Of a stretch of 64,000 nucleotides of DNA, positions 1-11,408 are shown in pieces. Origin of the DNA: an uncultured Actinomyces sp. (GTDB taxonomy: Bacteria; Actinomycetota; Actinomycetes; Actinomycetales; Actinomycetaceae); the NCBI GenBank assembly GCA_900545825.1, contig URAS01000002.1, positions 91,953-155,952 on the forward strand, given 5' to 3'. The position numbers were made by a program, and so were the translations under genes. Under the pieces are notes generated by a model that made no database searches, had not been told where the DNA came from, and saw only the letters and a list, made by a program, of their open reading frames with translations. Position 1 is the first letter of the stretch. Every line of letters begins with the position of its first letter.

Positions 1-1871
<1,871 letters not shown>

Positions 1872-2804
1872 TTATCGCGCAGCACGCGGCCCTTCGCTAT
1901 CGCGCTGCCACTGGGCCGACAGCTCGGCGATCTCGGCGACCGCCGCGGAGATCGTGTGCAACCGGGTTACCCGCTCCGACATCGGGCACGGCGCGTCACA
2001 GCCGACCAGGTAAATGACCAGGTCATCGACACTTTCGAGCTGTTCGATCGTCTGGCAGATCCCCTCGGGGGCGTCGACGATGATGAGGGCGTGGGCCCGG
2101 TTGTCGGCGAGGCAGTCGCTGATCGCGCCGCCGAGCTTGGCCGGTGAGGTGGACACCACACCCGCGAGGACGCCCTGCCACTGCAGCGCCGCCGCGAGGA
2201 CGTGGCCCGAAATGACCGAGTCCGTGGGCGCGGCGACGACGACCTCGGGTGGCGTACCCTCGGCCGGGCAATACGAGGTGTCGCAGCATCTCACGACCTG
2301 CCGGATCGCCCGAAGGATCGCCGACCTCAGGAGGACTCGCGGGGCGTTGCCGGCGGCCGACAGCTGGGGATGGTCCTCGATTTCGCGCAGCGCCGGGCAG
2401 ATCAGCGTCGTCCACGCGCACACGAGCCCGTCGGTGGCGATCGCCCGGTCGATGATCGAGCGGACGAGGACGTCGTCGGCCGCGTTGACCGCCTGGACGA
2501 GGGCCGGCACGGTGGCCTCGCAGGTGACGTCGACGTCGAGCTCCGACTCCTCGGCCGCGAGCGCCTGGTGGGCCGCGTCGGAAGCCGAGATGCCCTGTTC
2601 CATGAGGTGGCACATCACCTGCAGCCGGGCGACGTCGACCGCGGTGTACCGGCGGTGGGATCCCAGGGTGCGGGCGGAGGGGGCCATGCCGTAGCGCCGC
2701 TCCCACGTGCGCAGGGTGGACGGGGAGACGCCGAGTTTCCGGGCAACCGAGGCCACGGTCAGGGGCACTTCGTCGGCGGAGTGGCCGAGGACGACCTTGG
2801 GCAT
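1872..2804 (-). CDS. MerR-family transcriptional regulator with a C-terminal Rossmann/B12-binding-like domain
   Basis: Internal ATG at 2804 preceded by GGGAGG. The N-terminus (VASVARKLGVSPSTLRTWERRYG) is a MerR helix-turn-helix. The extra N-terminal stretch in the ORF track has no ribosome-binding site and was discarded. Confidence 0.6.
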   Translation of the reverse strand: MPKVVLGHSADEVPLTVASVARKLGVSPSTLRTWERRYGMAPSARTLGSHRRYTAVDVARLQVMCHLMEQGISASDAAHQALAAEESELDVDVTCEATVPALVQAVNAADDVLVRSIIDRAIATDGLVCAWTTLICPALREIEDHPQLSAAGNAPRVLLRSAILRAIRQVVRCCDTSYCPAEGTPPEVVVAAPTDSVISGHVLAAALQWQGVLAGVVSTSPAKLGGAISDCLADNRAHALIIVDAPEGICQTIEQLESVDDLVIYLVGCDAPCPMSERVTRLHTISAAVAEIAELSAQWQRDSEGPRAAR

Positions 2805-2901
2805 GTCATCCTCCCGGATAGGCAATCGGACTGGTTTACACAGCAATAGTGCACCGGTGCGGGCAGATTCTCCACTCGAGACTCGGGGTCTGCACAGGTT
2901 C

Positions 2902-3063
2902 GTGCGCAACTTTCCCAGGGAACATTGAGGAGCGTGGGTCACACTGGACACTGTTGTTCCGAGGAACCGCCACAGTTGCGCACACGTGAGGTGCGCCTAA
3001 CGCGCAAAGTTCGAGAGTATTTTTGCGAAACCCTTGAATAGCTTGTGCACAACTTGCTAGAGT
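2902..3063 (+). promoter_or_regulatory. whiB upstream region: the inverted repeat GTGCGCAACT (2902-2911) / AGTTGCGCAC (2974-2983), a related GTGCACAACTT at 3045-3055, and a -10-like TAGAGT at 3058-3063
   Basis: Read directly from the sequence. TAGAGT matches the actinobacterial TANNNT -10 pattern and lies 38 nt upstream of the whiB ATG. The RBS AAAGGGGAAG follows. Confidence 0.3.
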
Positions 3064-3100
3064 GGTCCCGACGATAAAGACCAGATGAAAGGGGAAGCCC

Positions 3101-3400
3101 ATGACCGATGTTTCTCGTCTGCCCGGCCCGTTGATGGATCTGTGGGAATGGCAGTACCAGGGGGCATGTCGCGACCTCGACACCGAGGTCTTTTTCCACC
3201 CCGAGGGCGAACGTGGCGGCACCCGCCGTCGGCGCGCCGCCGCGGCCAAGGCCGTCTGCGCCACCTGCCCGGTCATCGACCAGTGCCGCGAATACGCCCT
3301 CGCCGCCCACGAGCCGTACGGCGTGTGGGGCGGCATGACCGAAGAGGAGCGCCGCGACTACCTGCAGCACGAACGCCGCTACGTCAGGCGAACCGCGTAA
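3101..3400 (+). CDS. whiB: WhiB-family [4Fe-4S] transcription factor, WhiB3-like
   Basis: 99 aa with four Cys (C23, C53, C56, C62) and the motif GVWGG(M/L)TE(E/S)ER. Sits between guaB and groES as in mycobacterial synteny. Confidence 0.85.
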   Translation: MTDVSRLPGPLMDLWEWQYQGACRDLDTEVFFHPEGERGGTRRRRAAAAKAVCATCPVIDQCREYALAAHEPYGVWGGMTEEERRDYLQHERRYVRRTA

Positions 3401-3426
3401 CGCCGGTCAGTTTTCCCTCACAGCTT

Positions 3427-3461
3427 CCACAGGCGCCAGTCCCTCCAGCTGGCGCCTGTGG
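3427..3461 (+). terminator. Hairpin (12-bp stem CCACAGGCGCCA / TGGCGCCTGTGG) downstream of whiB
   Basis: Perfect inverted repeat with an 11-nt loop, followed by TCTATCC. Confidence 0.4.
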
Positions 3462-3488
3462 TCTATCCACTCCCCTTCCGGATATAGC

Positions 3489-3522
3489 GAAGCGGGGCGC
3501 GCCTGCTGGCACGCCCCGCTTG
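3489..3522 (-). terminator. Hairpin (10-bp stem AAGCGGGGCG / CGCCCCGCTT) immediately downstream of groES; no U-tract
   Basis: Inverted repeat seen in the sequence. It lies in the convergent gap between whiB and groES. Confidence 0.35.
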
Positions 3523-3536
3523 GCTGATCGCGAGTC

Positions 3537-3833
3537 TTAGCGCTCGACCTTCGCGAGGATGTCGCGAGCCGAGAGGATCAGGTACTCGTCCTCGCCGTAC
3601 TTGATCTCGGTGCCACCGTACTTGGAGTAGATGACCGTGTCGCCCTCGGCGACATCCATGGGAACGCGCTTGCCGGAGTCGTCAACGCGGCCGGGGCCGA
3701 CGGCGACGACCTTGCCCTCCTGGGGCTTTTCCTTGGCAGTGTCGGGGATAACGAGGCCGGAGGCCGTCGTCTTCTGGGCCTCGACCTGCTGGATGACCAC
3801 GCGGTCCTCAAGCGGCTTGATGGAGACGGACAT
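3537..3833 (-). CDS. groES: Co-chaperonin GroES (10 kDa)
   Basis: Internal ATG giving [49 protein letters not shown], with the RBS GGGAG upstream. No groEL follows it. Confidence 0.9.
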   Translation of the reverse strand: MSVSIKPLEDRVVIQQVEAQKTTASGLVIPDTAKEKPQEGKVVAVGPGRVDDSGKRVPMDVAEGDTVIYSKYGGTEIKYGEDEYLILSARDILAKVER

Positions 3834-3930
3834 TCCTAGATCTCCCTTTCTTTTTCCACAGTTGTCGTTCTGGAGGATCTTGCCGTCGCGGGTGGCCAAG
3901 ATCAACCTCAAGGAAAACACTAGGCGCATT

Positions 3931-3957
3931 CTGGCACTCGTTCAACCTGAGTGCCAG
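3931..3957. promoter_or_regulatory. CIRCE (HrcA operator) upstream of groES
   Basis: CTGGCACTC-N9-GAGTGCCAG, a perfect 9-bp inverted repeat with a 9-bp spacer, matching the CIRCE architecture TTAGCACTC-N9-GAGTGCTAA. Confidence 0.75.
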
Positions 3958-3996
3958 CTTCAGCGGTGAGCGGAATGAAAGTGCGAGAATGTCGGC

Positions 3997-5214
3997 ATGC
4001 CGAACGCCCTTGATCTTGCGCTCTCCCCCACCGGCCAGCACCTGCTGACGGCGGCATCGTCACTGCCCGAGACCCTGTCCGACCGGCTGGGGCAGCGGCT
4101 GCGCGCGGCCGGATACGAGGCCGACCTCGTGTCGGCCGTCCTCACGCAGGCGCAGCTGCGGCGCGAGGCCGAGGCCAAGCTGGGGCCGGCCGCGCGCGAG
4201 ATGGTGTTCACCCGCGCGGGCCTCGAGCAGGCGACGCGCCTCGTCGTCGCCGCGCACCACGCCCAGCGCTTCCGCGAGGCGGGCATCGAGCGGGTCGCCG
4301 ACCTCGGCTGCGGGCTCGGCATCGAGTCGCTGGCGATGGCCGGCCTGGGGCTGCGGGTCGTCGCCATCGAGAAGGACCCCGCAACCGCCCGCGCCGCCGC
4401 CCACAACCTCCACCCGTTCCCCGAGGCCGAGGTCCGCGTCGGCGACGTCACCGAGATCGACCTCGCCGAGCTGGGGGTCGAGGCGTTTTTCGCCGACCCC
4501 GCCCGCCGCACTGCCGCCGGGCGCGCCCTCTCGCCCGAGCAGTGGTCGCCGCCGCTGAGCACCGTCCTCGACTTCACGGCCCAGCTGCCGGGCGGGATCA
4601 AGGTCGCGCCGGGGATCGACCACGCGCTGGTGCCGCCCGCCTCGCACACCCAGTGGACGAGCGTCGACGGCGAGGTCGTCGAGGCCGCCATCTGGACCGG
4701 CCCTCTGGCGCAGCCGGGGCCGGGGCGCAGCGCCCTCGTCATTCGTTCCGGGCAGGCGCACCGGTTCGTCGTGCCGGACCTGGCCGACGCGTCCGCGCCG
4801 AATCCGCAGGTCGAGGCGGCCTCGCAGCTGGGTGAGTACATCGCCGAGCCCGACGGCGCCCTCATCCGAGCCGGCGGCGTCGCCGCCCTAGCCGAGCGGC
4901 TGGACGCGGCGCCGGTGTTTGCGCAGATCGCCTATCTCACCGGCGACACGCTGGCACCGCGGGAGCTGCGGCCGTTCGTCACCCAGTGGCGGATCCTCGA
5001 GGTCGCCTCGCTGAAGTCGAAGAAACTGCGCGCGGCGTGCCGCGAATGGGGCGCCGGCGAGGTCGTCATCAAGAAGCGCGGGGCGAACATCGACCCGGCC
5101 AAGCTGCGCCGCGAAATCCTGCCCAAGCCGTTCGGCACGGAGAAGATCACGCTGATCTGCACGCGCCTGGGTAACCGGCGCGTCGCCCTGCGCGTGGAAC
5201 CCGTGGGCGCCTAG
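3997..5214 (+). CDS. Class I SAM-dependent methyltransferase with a C-terminal THUMP-like domain
   Basis: 405 aa containing VADLGCGLGIESLAMA (motif I) and VFADPARR. Confidence 0.55.
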   Translation: MPNALDLALSPTGQHLLTAASSLPETLSDRLGQRLRAAGYEADLVSAVLTQAQLRREAEAKLGPAAREMVFTRAGLEQATRLVVAAHHAQRFREAGIERVADLGCGLGIESLAMAGLGLRVVAIEKDPATARAAAHNLHPFPEAEVRVGDVTEIDLAELGVEAFFADPARRTAAGRALSPEQWSPPLSTVLDFTAQLPGGIKVAPGIDHALVPPASHTQWTSVDGEVVEAAIWTGPLAQPGPGRSALVIRSGQAHRFVVPDLADASAPNPQVEAASQLGEYIAEPDGALIRAGGVAALAERLDAAPVFAQIAYLTGDTLAPRELRPFVTQWRILEVASLKSKKLRAACREWGAGEVVIKKRGANIDPAKLRREILPKPFGTEKITLICTRLGNRRVALRVEPVGA

Positions 5215-6263
5215 GCGACCATCGGCTTCGTCAGCGCCATCGACGAGTCGGGGCTGAACGTCGGATCCGACGGCGCGCACCCGGCGCGGACCAGCTCGGA
5301 GCCGATCGCCGCGATTTGGGCGCCGTTGTCGGTGCAGAACCGCAGCGGGGGCAGGCGCACCTCGATGCCCGCGGCCTCGGCGCGCTCGCCGAGCATGCGG
5401 CGCAGCTGCGAATTCGCCGAGAAGCCGCCGCCGACGACGATCGCCGGGCAGTCGTGGTCGAGCGCCGCGCGGACGGCCTTCGCACTCAGCGAGTCGTTGA
5501 CGGCCTCGGAGAAGCCGGCACACACGTCCTCGCGCGGCACGGGCTTGCCCGCCTTTTCCAGGCCCTCGACGTAGCGGGCAACCGCGGTTTTCAGGCCGGA
5601 GAACGAGAAATCGTAGCGGTGGCGCTCTTTGTCTTTGCCGGCGGCCAGGCCGCGCGGGAACCGGATCGCCTTCGGGTCGCCCTCGTTCGCCATCCGGTCG
5701 ACGTGCGGGCCACCGGGATACGGGGTGTTGAGGAGGCGGCCGACCTTGTCGAACGCCTCGCCCGCCGCGTCGTCCAGGGTGCCGCCCAGCTCGACGATGT
5801 CGGTGGCGATGTTGCGGACGAGGACGAGGTTCGAGTGGCCGCCCGACACGATGAGGCCGATGAAGCGTTCCGGCAGCGGCCCGTCATGCAGGGCGTCAAC
5901 GGCCAGGTGCCCGATGACGTGATTGACGCCGTAAAGCGGCTTGTTCAGCGTCGCCGCGAGCGCCTTCGCCGCGGACTGGCCGACCGTCAGCGACCCGACG
6001 AGGCCCGGCCCCGCGGCCACGGCGATCGCGTCGACATCGTGGACGTCGACCCCGGCGGCCTCGACGGCGGCCTCGAGCGTGGGGATGAACGATTCGAGGT
6101 GCGCGCGCGACGCGATTTCCGGGATGATCCCGCCGTAGCGGGCGTGCTGATCCATCGAGGACGCCGTGACGTCCGCCAGCAGCGTGTGGCCTTTGACGAA
6201 GGCGACGCCCGTCTCGTCGCACGTCGACTCGATGCCCATGACCAACGGCTCGCTCATACTCAT
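5211..6263 (-). CDS. tsaD: tRNA N6-adenosine threonylcarbamoyltransferase TsaD (Gcp)
   Basis: Contains GIESTCDET and GGVSANS-like motifs. ATG at 6263 after GGGTGG. Its 3' end overlaps the convergent methyltransferase gene by 4 nt. Confidence 0.88.
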   Translation of the reverse strand: MSMSEPLVMGIESTCDETGVAFVKGHTLLADVTASSMDQHARYGGIIPEIASRAHLESFIPTLEAAVEAAGVDVHDVDAIAVAAGPGLVGSLTVGQSAAKALAATLNKPLYGVNHVIGHLAVDALHDGPLPERFIGLIVSGGHSNLVLVRNIATDIVELGGTLDDAAGEAFDKVGRLLNTPYPGGPHVDRMANEGDPKAIRFPRGLAAGKDKERHRYDFSFSGLKTAVARYVEGLEKAGKPVPREDVCAGFSEAVNDSLSAKAVRAALDHDCPAIVVGGGFSANSQLRRMLGERAEAAGIEVRLPPLRFCTDNGAQIAAIGSELVRAGCAPSDPTFSPDSSMALTKPMVA

Positions 6264-6345
6264 GCGTTCCACCCTAGTACGTTCCGGCCCGCACCCCTCA
6301 TCGCGCGGGGTGCGGGCCGGAATGGTCGAGCAGGTCGGCTGGCGT

Positions 6346-7686
6346 TTACAGGGACAGGCGGTCCTTCACCACACCGGCCAGGCGGTGGGCGACCTCGTCG
6401 GCCTGTTCCTGCGTCGCGGCCTCGACCATGACACGGACCAGCGGCTCGGTGCCCGACGCGCGGAGGACGACGCGGCCGGTGTCGCCCAGCTCGCCCTCGG
6501 CCTGGGCAATCGCGGCCTGCAGCTGGTCGTCGTCGGTGCGGTGCTTGTCGACCTCGGGGACGTTGACGAGCGTCTGCGGCAGGCGCTCGACGAAGCTCGT
6601 GAGGTCGGCCAGCGACCGGCCCGACCGCTTGACGGCGCGGGCGATCATGAGGGCGGTGAGGATGCCGTCGCCCGTCGTCGCGTGGAGGCCGTTGATGACG
6701 TGGCCCGACTGTTCGCCGCCGATGACGTAGCCCGACTTGACCATTTCCTCGAGGACGTAACGGTCGCCGACCGCCGTCTGGACGGTCTTGATGCCCTTGT
6801 CGCGCATGGCGAGGATGAGGCCGAGGTTCGACATGATCGTGACGACCAGCGTGTCGCCGGCGAGGTCGCCCGACTCGTGGAGGTCGAGGGCGAGCATACC
6901 CATGATCTTGTCGCCGTCGACCAGCGTGCCGGACGCGTCGACCGCGAGGCAGCGGTCGGCGTCGCCGTCGAATGCCACGCCGAAGTCGCAGCCGGCCGCG
7001 ACGACCTGGGCCTGCAGCTGCTCCGGGTGGGTGGAGCCGCAACCGTCGTTGATATTGCGCCCGTCGGGCGACGCGTTGATGACGACCGTCTCGGCGCCGG
7101 CCTCGCGCAGCGCCCACGGCCCCAGCTGGCTGGCCGCACCGTTCGCGCAGTCCACGGCGATTTTCAGGCCCGTGAGGTCGGTGCCGCATGCCTTGACGAG
7201 GTGGTCGATGTAGTTGCGCTCGGACTCGGCCGGATCCTCGTCGATCTCGCCGACGTCGGCGCCGGTCGGGCGGTCGAACTCGGTGCCAAGCAGCGCCTCG
7301 ATCTCGTCCTCGACGGCGTCCTCGAGCTTGTAGCCGCCGCGGGCAAAGAACTTGATGCCGTTATCGGGCATCGGATTGTGGGACGCGGAAATCATGACGC
7401 CGAGGTCGACGTCCGATTCTGCGGTCAGGTGGGCGACGCACGGGGTGGTGACGACGCCGATCCGGTTGACGTCAAAACCCGTCGCCGCCAGGCCGGCCGC
7501 GAGGGCATGATCGAGAAACTCGCCGGAAATGCGGGTGTCGCGTCCGATGATCGCACGCGGCTTGCGGCCCTCGACGCCCTGCGCGACCTTGCGGCCGGCG
7601 GCGATCCCCAGCGCCAGTGCGAGTTCGGGAGTGAGGTCCTTGTTCGCCAATCCGCGGACACCGTCGGTGCCAAACAGCCTCGCCAT
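6346..7686 (-). CDS. glmM: Phosphoglucosamine mutase
   Basis: Starts MARLFGTDGVRG at an internal ATG (RBS AAAGGA). Carries the active-site motif SASHNP. The 107-codon upstream extension in the ORF track was rejected. Confidence 0.9.
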   Translation of the reverse strand: MARLFGTDGVRGLANKDLTPELALALGIAAGRKVAQGVEGRKPRAIIGRDTRISGEFLDHALAAGLAATGFDVNRIGVVTTPCVAHLTAESDVDLGVMISASHNPMPDNGIKFFARGGYKLEDAVEDEIEALLGTEFDRPTGADVGEIDEDPAESERNYIDHLVKACGTDLTGLKIAVDCANGAASQLGPWALREAGAETVVINASPDGRNINDGCGSTHPEQLQAQVVAAGCDFGVAFDGDADRCLAVDASGTLVDGDKIMGMLALDLHESGDLAGDTLVVTIMSNLGLILAMRDKGIKTVQTAVGDRYVLEEMVKSGYVIGGEQSGHVINGLHATTGDGILTALMIARAVKRSGRSLADLTSFVERLPQTLVNVPEVDKHRTDDDQLQAAIAQAEGELGDTGRVVLRASGTEPLVRVMVEAATQEQADEVAHRLAGVVKDRLSL

Positions 7687-7756
7687 GAGTGGTCCTTTCG
7701 TCGACAACTCCCCTAGCATAACGCGGCCCGAGGGCGCCTCGACCCGTCTGGCACGC

Positions 7757-7799
7757 AAAAAACCGCAGGCCCACCACGCGGGTGGGCCTGCGGTTTTTT
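7757..7799. terminator. Bidirectional rho-independent terminator downstream of rpsI
   Basis: A6 run, then CCGCAGGCCCACC, loop ACGCG, GGTGGGCCTGCGG, then a T6 run. Confidence 0.8.
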
Positions 7800-7819
7800 G
7801 CGTATGCGGAAGCGAAGCT

Positions 7820-8314
7820 TTAGCGCTTCGAGTACTGCGGCGCCTTGCGGGCCTTCTTGAGGCCGGCCTTCTTGCGCTCGACGGCGCGGGCGTCGCGGGT
7901 GAGGAAACCGGCCTTCTTGAGGGCCGGGCGGTTCGCCTCACGGTCGATCTCGTTGAGCGCGCGGGCCACGCCCAGGCGGACGGCGCCAGCCTGGCCGGAC
8001 ACGCCACCGCCGACGACGCGGACGTTCACGTCGAAACGGTCGGCGAGCTCAAGCAGAACGAGCGGGGACTTGACTTCCTGCTGGAGCAGCTTGTTGGGGA
8101 AGTAGTCCTCGATGGGACGACCATTGATCGTCCACTTGCCCGACCCCGGGACGAGGCGCACACGCGCGATCGCGCGCTTGCGGCGGCCCAGGCCGTAGCC
8201 GGGCTCGATCGCCGACGTGCCGGCGCCCTCAACCGAGGAGTGGGTTTCCGACGTGTAGGAGCTGGGGACGGCGTCCTCGGCAAGCTCCTGGTTCTCCGAA
8301 GTGGTCTCAGCCAC
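7820..8314 (-). CDS. rpsI: 30S ribosomal protein S9
   Basis: GTG start after AAGGAG. C-terminus ...[14 protein letters not shown]. Confidence 0.88.
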   Translation of the reverse strand: MAETTSENQELAEDAVPSSYTSETHSSVEGAGTSAIEPGYGLGRRKRAIARVRLVPGSGKWTINGRPIEDYFPNKLLQQEVKSPLVLLELADRFDVNVRVVGGGVSGQAGAVRLGVARALNEIDREANRPALKKAGFLTRDARAVERKKAGLKKARKAPQYSKR

Positions 8315-8345
8315 GGTTCTCCTTAGTTCCTCTCGGCTGCCCGTA

Positions 8346-8792
8346 CTACTGGGCAATCTTGGTCGGGACGTATTCGACAGGCTGCTGCGCAGCGTGCGGG
8401 TGCTCGCTCCCGGCGTAGACGTGGAGCTTCTTGAACTGGGCGCGGCCCAGCTTGGTGTGGGGCAGCATGCCCTTCACAGCCTTCTCGACAGCCCGCTCGG
8501 GGTACTTCTCGAGCAGTTCCGCGTAGGAGACCGACTTGAGGCCACCCGGGTAACCCGAGTGGTGGTAAGCGCGCTTCTGTTCACGCTTCTTGCCCGTGAG
8601 GACCACCTTGTCGGCGTTGATGACGATGACGTAATCGCCCTCGTCCTCGTTAGGCGTGTAGGTCGGCTTGTGCTTCCCACGGAGCAGGTTGGCGACCGTG
8701 GTCGCCAGTCGTCCAAGGACGACATCTTGCGCGTCGATGACGTACCACTGCTTGGCAGAGCGGTCACCGGCTTTCGGCGTATAGGTTCGCAT
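8346..8792 (-). CDS. rplM: 50S ribosomal protein L13
   Basis: Starts [21 protein letters not shown] at an internal ATG after AAGGAA. Confidence 0.88.
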   Translation of the reverse strand: MRTYTPKAGDRSAKQWYVIDAQDVVLGRLATTVANLLRGKHKPTYTPNEDEGDYVIVINADKVVLTGKKREQKRAYHHSGYPGGLKSVSYAELLEKYPERAVEKAVKGMLPHTKLGRAQFKKLHVYAGSEHPHAAQQPVEYVPTKIAQ

Positions 8793-9053
8793 TCGCGTAG
8801 CCTTCATTCCTTTTCTCGTTGGCGGAATCCGCCAGGATCTTTTCCGTGTGTGCGCCTTTTGTTTCGCGCCCAGGTGGGAACCGGACGCAGTTTGTGGGCG
8901 CACAACATTTCCACCCTAGAGGTGGCCGGGGCCGAAATCAACGCGGGCCCGGTGTTGACTGGGGCACACTGGGGTGCGCCGAACTCCGGCGCACGCCCCG
9001 CGCCTCCCACCGTCAACGCCGCCTTTTGTGGTCACGTTCATGCAGAGGTACGG

Positions 9054-9935
9054 TCACGCGAGGCCGGTCGGCAGGGTGCGGACGATACGAGCGCGAGCCG
9101 CCTGCGCGGCGTAGTTGGCGGGGTCGGGGTAATCGACGCCCTCGAGAGTGAGGCCCTCGGCCGGCGCCAACGGCACCGCGGAATCGCGCACGCCCGCGGC
9201 GAGGACGTCGCCGACCCAACCGACCGGGCGCGCCCCCTCGCCGACGCGGGTGAGCGCCCCGACCATGAACCGCACCTGCGAGTGGCAGAACGCGTCGGCC
9301 ATCAGCCGAAAGGTGACGAGGCCGTCCTCGCGGGTGACGTCCAGCTGCTTGAGGGTGCGGATCGTCGTCGCACCCTCGCGGGGTTTGGCGAAGGGGAGGA
9401 AGTCGTGCTCGCCCAGCAACGCGGTCGCGGCCTCGGCCATCGCCGCGGTATCGAGCGCGCGCCGGTGAAAGGCGACGTCGTCGCGCGTCGGCGGCCACAC
9501 CCCCGCCGAGTCGGCCAGCCGATAACAGTAATGCCGCCCCAGCGCCGAAAAACGGGCGTCGAAATCGGGCGTCGTCTGCGTCGCGGCGCGGACGACGACG
9601 TCCCAGCGCCCCTCCGACTCGCGCCGCAGCACCCCGTTGAGCCGATCGACGAGGGCGTCGCCGCTCCCGCGATCCGACCGGCCCGGCAGGCGGCCCCACG
9701 CCTCGGCGTCGAGGTCGACGTGCGCGACCTGGGCGGCCGCGTGGACGCCGGCGTCGGTGCGCCCGGCGACCGTCAGCTGCACCGGGGCGCGGACAACAGT
9801 GGCCAGGGCGTCGGCGAGGACGCCCTCGACGGTCCGCAGGCCTGGCTGCGCCGCCCACCCGTGAAACCTCGCGCCGTTGTAGGCGACGTCGAGGCGCACC
9901 CGTACTCGATCCGCCGCCATCAGCTGATCGGTCAC
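9054..9935 (-). CDS. truA: tRNA pseudouridine(38-40) synthase TruA
   Basis: Contains RTDAGVHA (catalytic Asp) and VRLDVAYNGARFHGWA. The GTG at 9935 overlaps the upstream gene's stop codon as GTGA. An alternative ATG lies at 9920. Confidence 0.8.
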   Translation of the reverse strand: MTDQLMAADRVRVRLDVAYNGARFHGWAAQPGLRTVEGVLADALATVVRAPVQLTVAGRTDAGVHAAAQVAHVDLDAEAWGRLPGRSDRGSGDALVDRLNGVLRRESEGRWDVVVRAATQTTPDFDARFSALGRHYCYRLADSAGVWPPTRDDVAFHRRALDTAAMAEAATALLGEHDFLPFAKPREGATTIRTLKQLDVTREDGLVTFRLMADAFCHSQVRFMVGALTRVGEGARPVGWVGDVLAAGVRDSAVPLAPAEGLTLEGVDYPDPANYAAQAARARIVRTLPTGLA

Positions 9936-10699
9936 AGTTCCATTTCCCAGCAGCGCACGCCGCCGCGGATGCCGGCGTCGTTGGGGACGATGACGACCTC
10001 GTCGCCCAGCTGCCGCCGCTGCGCCGCCGTAATGCGCGCGCCGTTGCCGCCGCCGATGTACAGGCGATCCCACAAGAGGGCGGGCCGCAGCGCCTCGACG
10101 ACGCGGCGAACGCGGCGCGACCAGTGGGCGTCACCCAGGCGCAGGCGCTCGTGCTCGCCGATGTAGTCGTCGTAAATGAGGCCCCACCGCACGGGCATCC
10201 GCGAGATCTCCATGTGCGGCGCCAGCCGCCTGCCGTCCCACACCGAGTTCCCCAAGCCCGTGCCCAGGGTGATGATGACCTCGAGGCCCGTGCCGGTGAT
10301 CACGCCGGCGCCGGCGACCTCGGCGTCGTTGAGGACAAGGGTCGGCGCGCCCACCCGCTGCTCAATGGCCCGGCGGATGTCGCAGTGGTGCCACTGCTCG
10401 ACAAGGTCCGGCAGTACGCGGGTACGCGGCCCCGACTTACACACGTAGTGCGGGGTCTGGATGACGACGCCGTGGCGCAGCATCCCTGGCATCCCGACGG
10501 TCACGCGGTCGTAGCGCGGCAGCTGCGACCCGAGGTCCTCGACGATGTCGACGAGCAGGTCGGGCGGCAGCGGATAGGGCGTCGGCGTCCTGGTCGCCGG
10601 GGCCACCATCGTGCCCGAGGCGTCCAATACCGACGCCTTAATCCCGCCGCCACCGCAGTCGACGGCCAACGTTAACAACCCATGCCTATCCGCGCTCAT
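9932..10699 (-). CDS. ROK-family sugar kinase (no HTH domain)
   Basis: Contains LAVDCGGGGIKASV and ITLGTGLG motifs. Internal ATG at 10699. Confidence 0.6.
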   Translation of the reverse strand: MSADRHGLLTLAVDCGGGGIKASVLDASGTMVAPATRTPTPYPLPPDLLVDIVEDLGSQLPRYDRVTVGMPGMLRHGVVIQTPHYVCKSGPRTRVLPDLVEQWHHCDIRRAIEQRVGAPTLVLNDAEVAGAGVITGTGLEVIITLGTGLGNSVWDGRRLAPHMEISRMPVRWGLIYDDYIGEHERLRLGDAHWSRRVRRVVEALRPALLWDRLYIGGGNGARITAAQRRQLGDEVVIVPNDAGIRGGVRCWEMEL

Positions 10700-10807
10700 G
10701 TCCCCATCGTATCCGGCCCCCGAGGGCGCCGAGGCCGCCCGGCCAAACGCGCGAGGGCCGGGCCCCACGTGGGGGTCCGGCCCTCGATGTCTTCGGCTTA
10801 CCGGCGA

Positions 10808-11362
10808 CTACTCGGCGTCCTCGGCGGCCTTCTCCTCGACCGCGTCCGACTCGGTGGCCTCGGGAGCGGTCTCGACGACCTCCTCGACGACCTCGTCGGC
10901 CTTGGGCTCCTCGGCCTTCGGCTCGTCAACCGCGGGCTCCTCGGCCTTGGCGGCGGAAACCTTCGCCTTCTTCTCGACCTTGTCGAAGATCAGCGAGATC
11001 TGGGCCATGGGGGCGTTGTCGCCACGCCGCGGCGGCAGCTTGACGATGCGGGTGTAGCCACCCTCGCGCTCCGGGTCGAGCCGGGGCACGATCTCGTCGA
11101 ACAGCCGGTAGACGGCGTCCTGGCTGCGCTCGGCCTTCGAGACGCGGGTGCCGATCTTGCGGGCAACGAGGCGACGGTTGTGGATGTCGCCCTTGCGCGC
11201 CTTAGTGATCAGCTTCTCGACGTACGGCTGCAGGCGGCGAGCCTTCGTCTCGGTGGTGACGATCGATTCGTGTTCGATGAGCGACTTGGCCAGGTTGGCC
11301 AGGATCTTACGCTCGTGCGCCGGGGACGACCCCAGACGCGGTCCCTTCGTGGGCTTGGGCAT
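10808..11362 (-). CDS. rplQ: 50S ribosomal protein L17 with an acidic C-terminal extension
   Basis: [28 protein letters not shown]... plus an E/A/K-rich tail. Confidence 0.9.
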   Translation of the reverse strand: MPKPTKGPRLGSSPAHERKILANLAKSLIEHESIVTTETKARRLQPYVEKLITKARKGDIHNRRLVARKIGTRVSKAERSQDAVYRLFDEIVPRLDPEREGGYTRIVKLPPRRGDNAPMAQISLIFDKVEKKAKVSAAKAEEPAVDEPKAEEPKADEVVEEVVETAPEATESDAVEEKAAEDAE

Positions 11363-11408
11363 GTCTAGCTCCTACTACTACTTTCCAAAATGGGCCGAAA
11401 CGGCTATC

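Noticed and set aside
6346-8007. 553-aa version of GlmM with a 107-aa Pro/Arg-rich N-terminus
   Set aside because: Conserved GlmM begins at MARLFGTDGVRG with a good RBS at 7686. The extension runs through the bidirectional terminator.
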